Assembly (NCBI GenBank): GCA_018333995.1
Contig: JAGXSG010000022.1
Span: forward strand, 15,699 to 79,698
Source of the DNA: Clostridiales bacterium
GTDB lineage: Bacteria; Actinomycetota; Coriobacteriia; Anaerosomatales; SLCP01
Direction: 5' to 3'
DNA length: 64,000 nucleotides
The position numbers and the translations under genes are program-made. Positions 38,090-47,442 of the stretch are shown here, one piece after another. Position 1 is the stretch's first letter, and every line of letters begins with the position of its first letter. The notes beneath the pieces were generated by a model, which made no database searches, was not told where the DNA came from, and saw only the letters and a list, made by a program, of their open reading frames with translations.

Positions 38090-39154
38090 GTGGTTTTGCG
38101 GGTTGAGACTAAGCCTGTCGTCGTTGGAAACGTCACCATCGGAGGCGGCGCACCGATCGCCGTTCAATCGATGACCACGACCGACACCACCGATCCCGCG
38201 GCAACCCTCGCTCAAATCGGTGCCCTTGAAGCCGCCGGATGCGAGATCGTGCGTGTCGCCATACCTCGTTCGGACGCACTCGAGGGTTTCAGCGCTATTT
38301 GCGCGTCGTCGCCAATGCCAGTTGTCGCCGATATACACTTCGACCACCAGCTCGCGATCGAAGCCGCTCGCACAGGCGCCTCCGCGCTCCGCATCAATCC
38401 CGGCAACATCGGCTCCATGGGCCGCGTCGACGCCGTCATCGAAGCCGCGGGCGAGGCGGGCATCCCGATCCGCATCGGCGTCAACGCTGGTTCTCTCGCC
38501 GATGAGTACGCAGACCGTGACTGGCCGCTCGCCGATAAGCTTGTTGCGAGCGTGGTCGCGTTCACCGAGCACTTCGAGTCACGCGGCTTCACCAATATCG
38601 TGCTTTCAGCCAAAGCCTCAAGTGTCACCTCGACGGTGGCGGCGTACCGAGCGCTCTCCAAGCTCGTCGCGTATCCACTGCACGTCGGGGTCACCGAAGC
38701 CGGCACGTCACTGTCTGGCACTGTGAAGTCGGCGGTAGGGGTGGGCATTCTGCTTGCCGAGGGCATCGGTGACACCATTCGAGTCTCGCTTACGGCCGAT
38801 CCGGTCGACGAGATCCTCGTCGCGTGGGAGATACTCTCAGCGCTTGATCTCAGGAGGCGAACACCTGAACTGGTGAGCTGCCCCACGTGCGCGCGGTGCC
38901 AGATCGACCTGATCCCAATCGCTGAGGAGATCGAGAGGCGCCTTAAGACACGGGAGAGCTCTCTCAAGGTCGCGGTCATGGGGTGCGCCGTAAACGGCCC
39001 TGGGGAGGCCAGAGAAGCCGACATCGGGGTTGCCGCAGGCCAGGGAGTCGGCCTGATCTTCGCCAAGGGCAAGCCTTTACGCAAGGTTCCCGAGTCAGAG
39101 ATCGTCTCGGCCCTCATGGAAGAAGTCGACCGACTCGGCGGCACCACGAAGTAG
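38090..39154 (+). CDS. ispG: 4-hydroxy-3-methylbut-2-enyl-diphosphate synthase IspG
   Basis: PIAVQSMT, RINPGNIG. The CPTCARC and GCAVNGPGE Cys residues provide the 4Fe-4S ligands. Confidence 0.95.
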   Translation: MVLRVETKPVVVGNVTIGGGAPIAVQSMTTTDTTDPAATLAQIGALEAAGCEIVRVAIPRSDALEGFSAICASSPMPVVADIHFDHQLAIEAARTGASALRINPGNIGSMGRVDAVIEAAGEAGIPIRIGVNAGSLADEYADRDWPLADKLVASVVAFTEHFESRGFTNIVLSAKASSVTSTVAAYRALSKLVAYPLHVGVTEAGTSLSGTVKSAVGVGILLAEGIGDTIRVSLTADPVDEILVAWEILSALDLRRRTPELVSCPTCARCQIDLIPIAEEIERRLKTRESSLKVAVMGCAVNGPGEAREADIGVAAGQGVGLIFAKGKPLRKVPESEIVSALMEEVDRLGGTTK

Positions 39155-39270
39155 CCGGTATCCGGTAGAATCCCCCACGACGCTCAAGTATCACCCCGGT
39201 TGAAGGTGCCCAGGGCCACTCGGCCGGTAAACCTGAGCGCCTGTCCGCACAAACTGGAGGTCAGCTGACC

Positions 39271-41013
39271 GTGTCACACAGCCGAGTCGCCCTTCGCGCC
39301 AGCGCAGTATACGCACCCACCCTGAAGGAGGTGCCCACCGAGGCGGAAATCGCATCCCACCGCCTCATGCTGCGCGCGGGACTCATCCGTAAGGCGGCGG
39401 CGGGAATCTACTCGTTTCTGCCACTGGGCTACCGATGCGTGCGCAAAGTCGAGCAGATCGTTCGTGAGGAGATGGACGCGATCGGGAGCCAGGAACTCCT
39501 GCTTCCCATCGTGCAGCCTGCCGAGCTATGGCATGAGTCGGGCCGCTGGTCGGAGTACGGCCCTGAGCTGGCGCGCCTCACTGACCGGGCAGGAAGAGAG
39601 TTCTGTCTCGGCCCCACTCACGAGGAGATCATCACGGCGCTCGTGCGAAACGACGTCCGTTCGTACCGCGAGCTTCCGCTTTCGCTCTACCAGATCAACA
39701 TGAAGTTCCGCGATGAGATGCGGCCGCGCTTCGGCCTGCTTCGGGGCCGCGAATTCATAATGAAAGACGCGTACTCGTTCCACACATCCTACGAATCGCT
39801 CCAGGAGCACTACGACGAACAAGCGCGCGCATACGGGCGCATCTGTGACCGCCTCGGCCTGAAGTGGCGTCCCGTCAATGCGGAGTCCGGTCAGATTGGC
39901 GGCACCGTGACGACCGAATTCATGGCGCTTGCCGAGTCTGGCGAGGCTGAGCTCGTGTACTGCGCGTGCGGCTGGGCCGCCAACGTGGATGCGGCTGAAA
40001 GCGTCGTGCCAAGAGCTTCCTTGGTGACTGCGCCTCGCCCGATGGAAAAGGTGCACACTCCTGACCTCCGAACGATCGCTGACCTCGCCCAAGCCTTCAA
40101 CATTTCCGCGCACGACACCGTAAAGACAATGGCGGGGAAGACCGCCGATGGAAGTCTTGTCTATTTTTGCGTGCCTGGAGACCGCGAACTCAATCCCATA
40201 AAGGCCCAGCGGGCGGTTCCCGGTGTCACCCTTCTTGCCGAGGAGGACTTCGCGGCGTACGGGCTTCCCCGGGGCTCACTTGGCCCGGTGAAACCGGCGG
40301 AAACCACCCTTCTGGTGGCGGACCGGTCGCTTGAAGGTGAGGTTGCGTGGGGGATCGGCGCTAACGAAAACGACTACCACTTCTTCGGCGCGATGCCTGG
40401 CCGCGACTTTCAGATCGACGTCTGGGCCGACCTGGTGGTGGCCCGCCCCGGCGATGGTTGCCCCGAGTGCGGGGGAGTGCTCGAGGGCGCGCGCGGGATC
40501 GAGGTCTCGCAGGTGTTCCAGCTCGGCACGAAGTACTCCGAGGCGATGGGTGCCACCTTCACCGGTGACGACGGCTCGGAGTGTCCCTTTGTCATGGGAT
40601 GTTACGGAGTTGGCATAACGCGCTCGCTCGCCGCGGTCATCGAGCAGCACCACGACGACCACGGCATCGTATGGCCGATGAGCGTAGCACCACTGCACGT
40701 CGCGGTAGTCCCTCTGTCGGTGGGAGAGGCCACCGTCTATCCGGTCGCCGAGAGTATCTGGAACGATCTCGCGGACGCCGGAATCGAAGTCATCATCGAC
40801 GACCGCGATGAGCGGCCCGGCGTCAAGTTCGCCGACACCGACCTCATCGGCTATCCAATCCAGATCGTCGTTGGCAAAAAGGGTGTCGCGGCGGGGGTTG
40901 TCGAAGTGAAGGACCGCGCGACAGGCACGCGCGAGGAGGTACCCATCGAAGCGGCCGCTTCGCACGCCGCGGCCATGGTACGCGACGCCCTCGCGTCGCT
41001 TTGCGCAGTGTGA
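39271..41013 (+). CDS. proS: Prolyl-tRNA synthetase (bacterial type with editing insertion)
   Basis: 580 aa. TLKEVPTEAEIASHRLMLRAGLIRK, class II motifs (FRDEMRPRFGLLRGREFIMKDAYSF), INS editing domain, GCYGVGITR. Confidence 0.96.
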   Translation: MSHSRVALRASAVYAPTLKEVPTEAEIASHRLMLRAGLIRKAAAGIYSFLPLGYRCVRKVEQIVREEMDAIGSQELLLPIVQPAELWHESGRWSEYGPELARLTDRAGREFCLGPTHEEIITALVRNDVRSYRELPLSLYQINMKFRDEMRPRFGLLRGREFIMKDAYSFHTSYESLQEHYDEQARAYGRICDRLGLKWRPVNAESGQIGGTVTTEFMALAESGEAELVYCACGWAANVDAAESVVPRASLVTAPRPMEKVHTPDLRTIADLAQAFNISAHDTVKTMAGKTADGSLVYFCVPGDRELNPIKAQRAVPGVTLLAEEDFAAYGLPRGSLGPVKPAETTLLVADRSLEGEVAWGIGANENDYHFFGAMPGRDFQIDVWADLVVARPGDGCPECGGVLEGARGIEVSQVFQLGTKYSEAMGATFTGDDGSECPFVMGCYGVGITRSLAAVIEQHHDDHGIVWPMSVAPLHVAVVPLSVGEATVYPVAESIWNDLADAGIEVIIDDRDERPGVKFADTDLIGYPIQIVVGKKGVAAGVVEVKDRATGTREEVPIEAAASHAAAMVRDALASLCAV

Positions 41014-41037
41014 GGCACGTGTGCAATTTGAGCCGGG

Positions 41038-41379
41038 CTACGCCTGAAACTCTCCGCACGCGCGGCACACCTTCGCCGACGCTACCACGGGCGCGCGACA
41101 ACTGCGGCACAGGAATGTGCGCTCGGACGGACCGGCGCTCGCATACGCCAAGACACCCGAGCGAGCCTGGCTGCGACCGCGGAGATACACGAGGGCCGCA
41201 ACGACGTACGGTCCCGCCATCAGCGCAAGCCCGACCCACGTGAAGGGCTGCCGTGCAAGCGCGCCAACCCAGATTGATTCGTCGAGATTCCCAAAGGACA
41301 GCCACACGCTATAGAGGGCGTACGCAACGCATGTCACGCCAACAAGCTGTACCAGACTGCGAAGTTGCGCCGAACTCAT
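41038..41379 (-). CDS. Small membrane protein: two predicted TM helices plus a C-terminal zinc ribbon. It is the only minus-strand gene in the window.
   Basis: 113 aa from ATG (complement of 41377-41379), with SD-like GAGAGGG 6 nt upstream on the minus strand. Hydrophobic LVQLVGVTCVAYALYSVWLSF and FTWVGLALMAGPYVVAALVYL. C91-x2-C94-x10-C105-x2-C108. The 208-aa ORF-track version adds an Arg/Pro-rich N-terminus that runs into the dusB start. Confidence 0.6.
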   Translation of the reverse strand: MSSAQLRSLVQLVGVTCVAYALYSVWLSFGNLDESIWVGALARQPFTWVGLALMAGPYVVAALVYLRGRSQARSGVLAYASAGPSERTFLCRSCRAPVVASAKVCRACGEFQA

Positions 41380-41454
41380 TCGTGACCCTCTCGCACGTCG
41401 GTTGTTCTCTACATGATGTTTCGGAACGCTGGTCCCACCACTTGAATCGGCCTG

Positions 41455-41460
41455 TATTAT
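41455..41460 (+). promoter_or_regulatory. TATTAT -10 box 7 nt upstream of the dusB ATG (possible leaderless transcript). Its complement GATAAT could serve the divergent minus-strand gene.
   Basis: AT-rich hexamer in an 88-nt divergent gap. No SD lies between it and ATG 41468. Confidence 0.35.
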
Positions 41461-41467
41461 CGGCGGT

Positions 41468-42478
41468 ATGAATAGACCAGGAAGCAGCATCCACGCCCTG
41501 TTGCCGCCGCGAAGCGTCGTTCTCGGACCGATGGCCGGGATCACAGAAGCGCCCTTTCGCGCAATATGCAAGCGCCTCGGTGCCGCTCTCACATACACCG
41601 AAATGGTCAGCGCGGCAGGACTCCACTTCAACCCGGCTTCGCGAGTCTCCGCCGCACTGCTCACTGTGGCCCCGGAAGAAGCCCCGTGCGCTGTTCAGCT
41701 CTTTGGCTCCGACCCTGAAGTCATGGCCGCCCAGGCGCAGCGCGTTGTCGAACGCCTGTCCTCATCTGTTGCGCTCATCGACATCAACATGGGATGCCCT
41801 GTGAGCAAGATCACCGGCAAGGGCGAGGGGGCGGCCCTCATGCGCACGCCAGACCTAGCCGCTCGCATCGTCTCACGAGTGGCCGAGAGGTGTGGCGTGC
41901 CCGTCTCCGTGAAATGTCGGGCTGGATGGGCTAGCGATTCAGTCAACGCCGTCGAGTTCGCGCGTCTGATGACACGAGCCGGTGCCTCGCTCATAACCGT
42001 ACACGGCCGGACTCGCGACCAGTTCTACCGAGGTGCGGCCGATTGGACCGTGATCTCGCGGGTACGCGACGCGGTCGATATCCCGGTGATCGGCAGCGGT
42101 GATGTTCTCTCGGCGGGCGACATCGCACGGATGTTCGAGTTGGCGGGCGTTCACGCGGTGATGGTGGCACGTGGCGCCCAGGGCGATCCGTGGATATTCG
42201 AGCGTGCGCGCTTCCTGCTTGACACCGGAACGGAACCGCCGCCGCCCAGTGCGTTCATGCGCATCGACATGGCACGTGAACATGGCGCGGCCCTTGTCGC
42301 GTTTGGCGGGGAACGGGCGTTTGTGAGGATGCGCAAGCATGCGGGTTGGTACATGACCGGACTCCCTGGTGCGACGCGTGTGCGCGAGCGTGTCAACGCC
42401 GCCACGTCCCACGCTGAGTTGGATAGCATTCTCGCCGAGTACCGGCAGCACCTCTCGGACAAGGGGCTTACGGAGTAA
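41468..42478 (+). CDS. dusB: tRNA-dihydrouridine synthase (DusB family)
   Basis: LGPMAGITEAPFR, DINMGCP (catalytic Cys), TVHGRTRDQ, GDIxxxxD. Confidence 0.9.
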   Translation: MNRPGSSIHALLPPRSVVLGPMAGITEAPFRAICKRLGAALTYTEMVSAAGLHFNPASRVSAALLTVAPEEAPCAVQLFGSDPEVMAAQAQRVVERLSSSVALIDINMGCPVSKITGKGEGAALMRTPDLAARIVSRVAERCGVPVSVKCRAGWASDSVNAVEFARLMTRAGASLITVHGRTRDQFYRGAADWTVISRVRDAVDIPVIGSGDVLSAGDIARMFELAGVHAVMVARGAQGDPWIFERARFLLDTGTEPPPPSAFMRIDMAREHGAALVAFGGERAFVRMRKHAGWYMTGLPGATRVRERVNAATSHAELDSILAEYRQHLSDKGLTE

Positions 42479-42501
42479 CATCTGCGTTCGATCGTCTTAA
42501 G

Positions 42502-42537
42502 TCCGCTGTGGTAGACACCGAATCCGCTGTGGTAAAC
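42502..42537 (+). repeat. Tandem 15-nt direct repeat TCCGCTGTGGTA(G/A)AC, 21-nt period, each copy carrying an extended -10-like box
   Basis: Copy 1 at 42502-42516 and copy 2 at 42523-42537, 14/15 identical. TGTGG-TAGACA (42507-42517) and TGTGG-TAAACT (42528-42538). Lies 80-115 nt upstream of rimP. Confidence 0.6.
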
Positions 42538-42617
42538 TCCACGTCGCACGTGAATCTGTCGTTCTAGCGAGAAGTGGGCGAACCGTCCGCTTCTTTTGTT
42601 CTGGAGGGAGGCCGGTC

Positions 42618-43100
42618 GTGGAACAGCTACTGCGCGAACGCATCGAAGCGCTACTCGCGCCTGCGGCCGTGCGCGAAGGGTTCGAACTCGCCGCGATCGA
42701 GACCGGTGGCGCGGTACACTCACCTGTCGTGCGCGTCTTCCTCGACCGCGAAGGCGGGATCGGAATCGATGCGATCGTGGAGGCGAACCGCTGGATCTCA
42801 ACCGCCCTCGACGAAGCCGATCTCGTACCCGGTTCATACACCCTTGAGGTGAGCTCACCGGGCATCGACCGTCCGCTTACCACCCTCGATCACTACCGCC
42901 GGTTTCTCGGCGAGGCAGCGACGATCAAGGCGAGACAGGCAGGGGGTATGTCGACATTTCGAGGAACCATCGAGGAAGTGCGCGATGACGTCATTCTCCT
43001 TCACGTGCAAGATGAAACCGTCCACATCCCCTTCCGCGACATCGTAAAAGCGCGCCTGAAGGGCCGTGTGGACTTCTCTCAGAAGGGAACGGAGGAGTAG
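42618..43100 (+). CDS. rimP: Ribosome maturation factor RimP
   Basis: 160 aa. GTG after SD GGAGGGAGG. LEVSSPGIDRPL motif. Directly upstream of nusA. Confidence 0.9.
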   Translation: MEQLLRERIEALLAPAAVREGFELAAIETGGAVHSPVVRVFLDREGGIGIDAIVEANRWISTALDEADLVPGSYTLEVSSPGIDRPLTTLDHYRRFLGEAATIKARQAGGMSTFRGTIEEVRDDVILLHVQDETVHIPFRDIVKARLKGRVDFSQKGTEE

Positions 43101-44246
43101 ATGAGTTCTGAACTCATGGAAGCGCTGCGCCAGCTTGCGCGTGAGAAGAACATTGACGAGTACGACATGCTCAACCGTCTGGAGCAGCAGCTCGCGGCGA
43201 CGTACCGGCGCATCATGGACCTGGAGAACGACGCCCGGGTTACTATCGACCGGGAGAGCGGTCGCATCTACGTCTATGAGCTCGTCCCCGTAGGAGGCTC
43301 AGAGGAGTCACCTGAGTTCGAGGAGCGAGACATCACCCCTACAGACGTCTCGCGTATAGCCGCCCAAGCCGCGAAGAACGTGATCATGACCTCGATTCGC
43401 GATGTGGAGCGAGAGCGCATCTATGAGGAGTACTCCGACCGTGTTGGAGAGAGTGTCACCGGCACGGTTCAGCAGTCGGATTCTCGCTACACCCTCATTA
43501 AGCTCCGCGAAGGAGTGGAGGCACTGCTTCCACCGTCCGAGCAACCGCCGAGCGAGCGATACGATCACAACCAGCGCATAAAGGCCTACATCACCGAAGT
43601 TCGCAAGACGACCTCGGAACCGTCGATCGTAGTCTCTCGGACACATCCGGGCTTGATTCGCAGGCTCTTCGAGCTGGAGGTGCCTGAGATTTACGATGGC
43701 GTCGTCGAAATCAAGAGCATCTCGCGCGAACCCGGCCTGCGTTCGAAGGTCGCGGTGTCCAGCCGCGAAAGCGGGCTCGACCCTGTTGGCGCATGTGTGG
43801 GACCCAAAGGCAGTCGCGTCAGGATGGTCGTCAGCGAACTGCGCGGCGAGCGGATCGACGTGATTCCGTGGGCGGAGGACGCCCAGACCTACGTCGGTAA
43901 CGCGATCTCGCCCGCGAAGGTTTCCCGCGTCCTCATTGACGAAGCCAACCACATCGCCACGGTTATCGTCCCCGATGACCAGCTGTCCCTTGCTATCGGC
44001 AAGGAAGGACAGAATGCTCGCCTCGCCGCGAAACTCACCGGGTGGCGCATCGACATCAAGAGCGTTACGCAAGCGACCGCTTCAGGTCTACCTATCGGTT
44101 CTGGCCACATGCACGGAACGCCGGGAGATGAAACGCACGATGACCGTTGCGCCGCCGTGACCTCCTCGGGCCTTCGCTGCCGCAACAAGGCAAGACCAGG
44201 AACCCGGTACTGCGGCGTACACGAGAAGGAGGCGCTCAGCGAGTGA
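43101..44246 (+). CDS. nusA: Transcription termination/antitermination factor NusA with an unusual Cys/His C-terminal tail
   Basis: NTD, S1 ([10 protein letters not shown]), two KH domains ([23 protein letters not shown]), then a roughly 53-aa tail containing C350-x9-C360-x10-C371-x2-H374. Confidence 0.95.
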   Translation: MSSELMEALRQLAREKNIDEYDMLNRLEQQLAATYRRIMDLENDARVTIDRESGRIYVYELVPVGGSEESPEFEERDITPTDVSRIAAQAAKNVIMTSIRDVERERIYEEYSDRVGESVTGTVQQSDSRYTLIKLREGVEALLPPSEQPPSERYDHNQRIKAYITEVRKTTSEPSIVVSRTHPGLIRRLFELEVPEIYDGVVEIKSISREPGLRSKVAVSSRESGLDPVGACVGPKGSRVRMVVSELRGERIDVIPWAEDAQTYVGNAISPAKVSRVLIDEANHIATVIVPDDQLSLAIGKEGQNARLAAKLTGWRIDIKSVTQATASGLPIGSGHMHGTPGDETHDDRCAAVTSSGLRCRNKARPGTRYCGVHEKEALSE

Positions 44247-44545
44247 GCCATTCCCGCAAGACGCCGAAGCGGACGTGCGTCGGTTGTCGCTCGACAACAA
44301 CCAAGCGTGAACTTGTACGGGTGGTCCGCACACCAGACGGCCACGTCGAACTCGACCCAACAGGTAAAGTTGACGGACGGGGAGCGTACGTGTGCGCTGC
44401 CGTTGAATGCTTCGATGCCGCAGTGAACCGAAACCGCTTCGACCATGCGCTTCGGGTGAGACTGCTTACCGACGATATCGACCGATGGCGACGAGAGTTC
44501 GAGGCGCTGCTCGATACCAAGCAGCCCTCGCCCCAAGGACGGTGA
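44243..44545 (+). CDS. ylxR: YlxR family (DUF448) RNA-binding protein
   Basis: GTG 44243 overlaps the nusA stop (GTGA). RTCVGCR and GRGAYVC motifs. Confidence 0.88.
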   Translation: MSHSRKTPKRTCVGCRSTTTKRELVRVVRTPDGHVELDPTGKVDGRGAYVCAAVECFDAAVNRNRFDHALRVRLLTDDIDRWRREFEALLDTKQPSPQGR

Positions 44546-44549
44546 ACCG

Positions 44550-46994
44550 ATGCCCAGCATGAGAGTCCACGAACTCGCAAAAGAGTTCGGCATGACCTCC
44601 AAGGAGTTGCTCGAACATCTCCAAGGATTGAAGATTCCCGCCAAGAACCATGCGTCAACCTTGGTCGAGGCCTATGTTGACAAGATCCGCAAGGATCTCG
44701 GACCGCTCATCGCCGAGCGTCAAGCCGTGCTCGAAGAAGAACGGCTACGTGCCGAGGCAGCTGAGGCGCTCCGCATAGAGGCGGAGGATGTAGCGCGTAG
44801 AGAGGCCGACGAAGCTCGGCGTGCGGCCGAAGTAGCCGACCGTGCCGCTCGCGAAGCCGAAGAGCACGCGCGCCGTGAGGCTGAGGAGAAGGAAGCCGCT
44901 CGCCACGCTCTCGAGGAGTCCCAGCGCAGGGCGATTGTTGAAAAGGCCGCTCGGCTGACTGAAGAAGCACGCCTCGTGGCTGACGCGGCTGAGAGCGAAC
45001 GCCTCGCCGCCCAAGAGGCAGCGCAACTTGAGAAGGCCGAGGACGAGCGCTACCGGCAAATGGCACGGGAAGCAGAGCGTGTGCAATCGGCGTCGAGCAT
45101 CGTGATCGAAGAGGCGAAAGCGGCTGTCGCCGCCGCAGCGGCCGAGGGCGGTAAGCGAAAGAAGAAGAAAGAAAAGCGCGCAAAAGAGTCGGTCGCGGCC
45201 GCGCCGGAGAGAGTCCCGCAGCCAATGCCCGCTTTCGACGAAGAAGCCGCATCACCGGTCGTCGTAAGCGAAGGCGTCACTGTAGGCGAACTCGCCGACG
45301 CGTTTGGCGTTCCCTCGGCGGAGATCATCAAACGACTCATGATGCTCGGTGCGCCGCTCACCGTGAACCAGCCGGTGATGAACGAAATCGTTGATCTCAT
45401 CGCGGACGATCTTGGGCGCCACGTCACAATCATCGCCCCGGAAGATGAGGTCGGATTCGTATTCGAAGACGCCGAGGAGGACCTGAAGACTCGTCCGCCA
45501 GTCGTCACCGTCATGGGACATGTCGACCACGGCAAGACATCGCTCCTCGACGCGATACGCGAGACGGGGGTCGCGGAGACCGAGGCGGGCGGCATCACCC
45601 AGCACATCGGCGCGAGCGTCGTGTTTCGCAACGAACGGCAGATCACGTTCATCGATACCCCTGGCCACGAGGCGTTTACAGCAATGCGCGCCCGCGGAGC
45701 GAAAGTAACGGACATCGCAATTCTCGTTGTCGCGGCCGACGACGGCGTCATGCCCCAAACCGTTGAAGCGATCCACCACGCGCAAGCGGCTGGTGTTCCC
45801 ATGATTGTGGCGGTCAACAAGATCGACAAGGACGGAGCAAACCCTGAGACCGTCCGGCAGATGCTCACGGAACACAAAATCGTCCCAGAAGAGTGGGGCG
45901 GGACGAACATATTCGTGAACGTCTCAGCAAAGAAGCGACTTCACATCGAGGACCTTCTGGAGATGGTATTGCTCCAAGCCGACATTCTTGAGCTTGTGGC
46001 CAATCCAACCGCTCCCGCTTCCGGTGTTGTAATCGAAGCGAAGCTCGACCGAGGCCGCGGTCCGGTCGCGACGGTGCTCGTACAGCGCGGCACTCTTCGT
46101 GTGGGCGACGCGATCGTCGCGGGGACGAGCTACGGCCGGGTTCGTGCGCTCATCAATCCGCTGGGGGAGATCGTCGCAAGCGCGGGACCCGCCGATCCGG
46201 TCGAGATCCTCGGACTTGGGAGTGTCCCCTCGGCAGGCGATGAGTTCCGCATCTTCGCAGACGAACGGGATGCCCGGGATCTTGCCGAGGAGCGCTCGCT
46301 CAAGCAGCGCCTGCTGGCGCAGGAGAAGAAGGTGCACGTTTCACTCGACGACCTGTTCGCACGGATACGACAAGGCGGACTGAGAGATCTCAACCTCGTC
46401 GTGAAAGCTGACGTCCAAGGATCGATTGAGGCGCTCAAAGACGCGCTTGAGAAGATGGACCAGAGTGAGGTCCGCATCAACGTCATCCATTCGGCGGTCG
46501 GCGCGATCACCGAGACCGACGTCATGTTAGCCGATGCCTCCGACGCGATCATAATCGGCTTCAATGTGCGTCCCGAGCCTAAGGCAAAGGCAACCGCCGA
46601 GAATGAACATGTAGATATCCGCCTCTACCGTGTCATCTACCAGGCGATCGAAGAGATCAACGCCGCTCGCATCGGGATGCTCGCGCCTGAGTTCCACGAG
46701 GAGGAGACCGCACGGGTCGAGGTCCGCGAGCTCTTCCGTGTTCCAAAGGTTGGCGTTATCGCCGGCTCCTACGTCTTGGAAGGCGAGATCAGCAGGGACG
46801 ATCTCGTGCGTGTGGTCAGAGACGGCACAGTTGTCTACGAGGGCAAGCTGCGCTCACTGCGACGCTTCAAAGAAGATGTGAAGTCGGTGCGCTCCGGATA
46901 CGAATGCGGAGTTTCCGTCGAAGGATTCCAAGACGTCAAAGAAGGCGACATCGTCGAGGCATACAAGATCATCGAGGTCGCTCGCGAATCGTAG
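44550..46994 (+). CDS. infB: Translation initiation factor IF-2
   Basis: 814 aa. Charged E/A/R-rich N-terminal region. G domain [26 protein letters not shown]. Confidence 0.97.
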   Translation: MPSMRVHELAKEFGMTSKELLEHLQGLKIPAKNHASTLVEAYVDKIRKDLGPLIAERQAVLEEERLRAEAAEALRIEAEDVARREADEARRAAEVADRAAREAEEHARREAEEKEAARHALEESQRRAIVEKAARLTEEARLVADAAESERLAAQEAAQLEKAEDERYRQMAREAERVQSASSIVIEEAKAAVAAAAAEGGKRKKKKEKRAKESVAAAPERVPQPMPAFDEEAASPVVVSEGVTVGELADAFGVPSAEIIKRLMMLGAPLTVNQPVMNEIVDLIADDLGRHVTIIAPEDEVGFVFEDAEEDLKTRPPVVTVMGHVDHGKTSLLDAIRETGVAETEAGGITQHIGASVVFRNERQITFIDTPGHEAFTAMRARGAKVTDIAILVVAADDGVMPQTVEAIHHAQAAGVPMIVAVNKIDKDGANPETVRQMLTEHKIVPEEWGGTNIFVNVSAKKRLHIEDLLEMVLLQADILELVANPTAPASGVVIEAKLDRGRGPVATVLVQRGTLRVGDAIVAGTSYGRVRALINPLGEIVASAGPADPVEILGLGSVPSAGDEFRIFADERDARDLAEERSLKQRLLAQEKKVHVSLDDLFARIRQGGLRDLNLVVKADVQGSIEALKDALEKMDQSEVRINVIHSAVGAITETDVMLADASDAIIIGFNVRPEPKAKATAENEHVDIRLYRVIYQAIEEINAARIGMLAPEFHEEETARVEVRELFRVPKVGVIAGSYVLEGEISRDDLVRVVRDGTVVYEGKLRSLRRFKEDVKSVRSGYECGVSVEGFQDVKEGDIVEAYKIIEVARES

Positions 46995-47000
46995 AATCGG

Positions 47001-47438
47001 ATGGTTGCCATGAAACAGACACCCAGGACCCGCAAGGTCAACGAAGCGGTCCGTGAAGCCATTGCCAGTATCGTGCTGACCGAGGTAGCCGATCCGCGAC
47101 TCGACCTTGTCACGGTGACCTCGGCAGAGGTCTCGTCGGACCTGTCAATAGCAAACGTCTATGTGACCGCCCACGGTGACGAGGACCGGTACCGCGAGAT
47201 GCTCGACGGCCTCGAGTCGGCAAAAGGGCGCATCCGCTCGCTGCTTGGCAGGCGAGTTCCGATGCGGCTCACACCGGAGTTGCGGTTTTTCGTGGATTCC
47301 ACGATAGATGGAAGCATGCGTCTCGCCGAGGCGCTCAAAGATGTGCCGCCCTCACTTCGAAACGCTGAGCCTGAAGACAGCGAAGACGCCGGTGACCTTG
47401 ATCCAACCGATCCCGCACGCGCTGAAGGCGAGGAGTGA
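47001..47438 (+). CDS. rbfA: Ribosome-binding factor A
   Basis: RTRKVNEAVREAIASIV, TVTSAEVSSDLSIANVYV, acidic tail. Confidence 0.92.
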   Translation: MVAMKQTPRTRKVNEAVREAIASIVLTEVADPRLDLVTVTSAEVSSDLSIANVYVTAHGDEDRYREMLDGLESAKGRIRSLLGRRVPMRLTPELRFFVDSTIDGSMRLAEALKDVPPSLRNAEPEDSEDAGDLDPTDPARAEGEE

Positions 47439-47442
47439 GGCG

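Noticed and set aside
39155-39270. Possible T-box leader upstream of proS.
   Set aside because: The gap is only about 116 nt, with no specifier-loop or antiterminator layout and no T-box 14-mer that I can see. It holds a TAGAAT -10-like box (39166-39171) and a plain leader.
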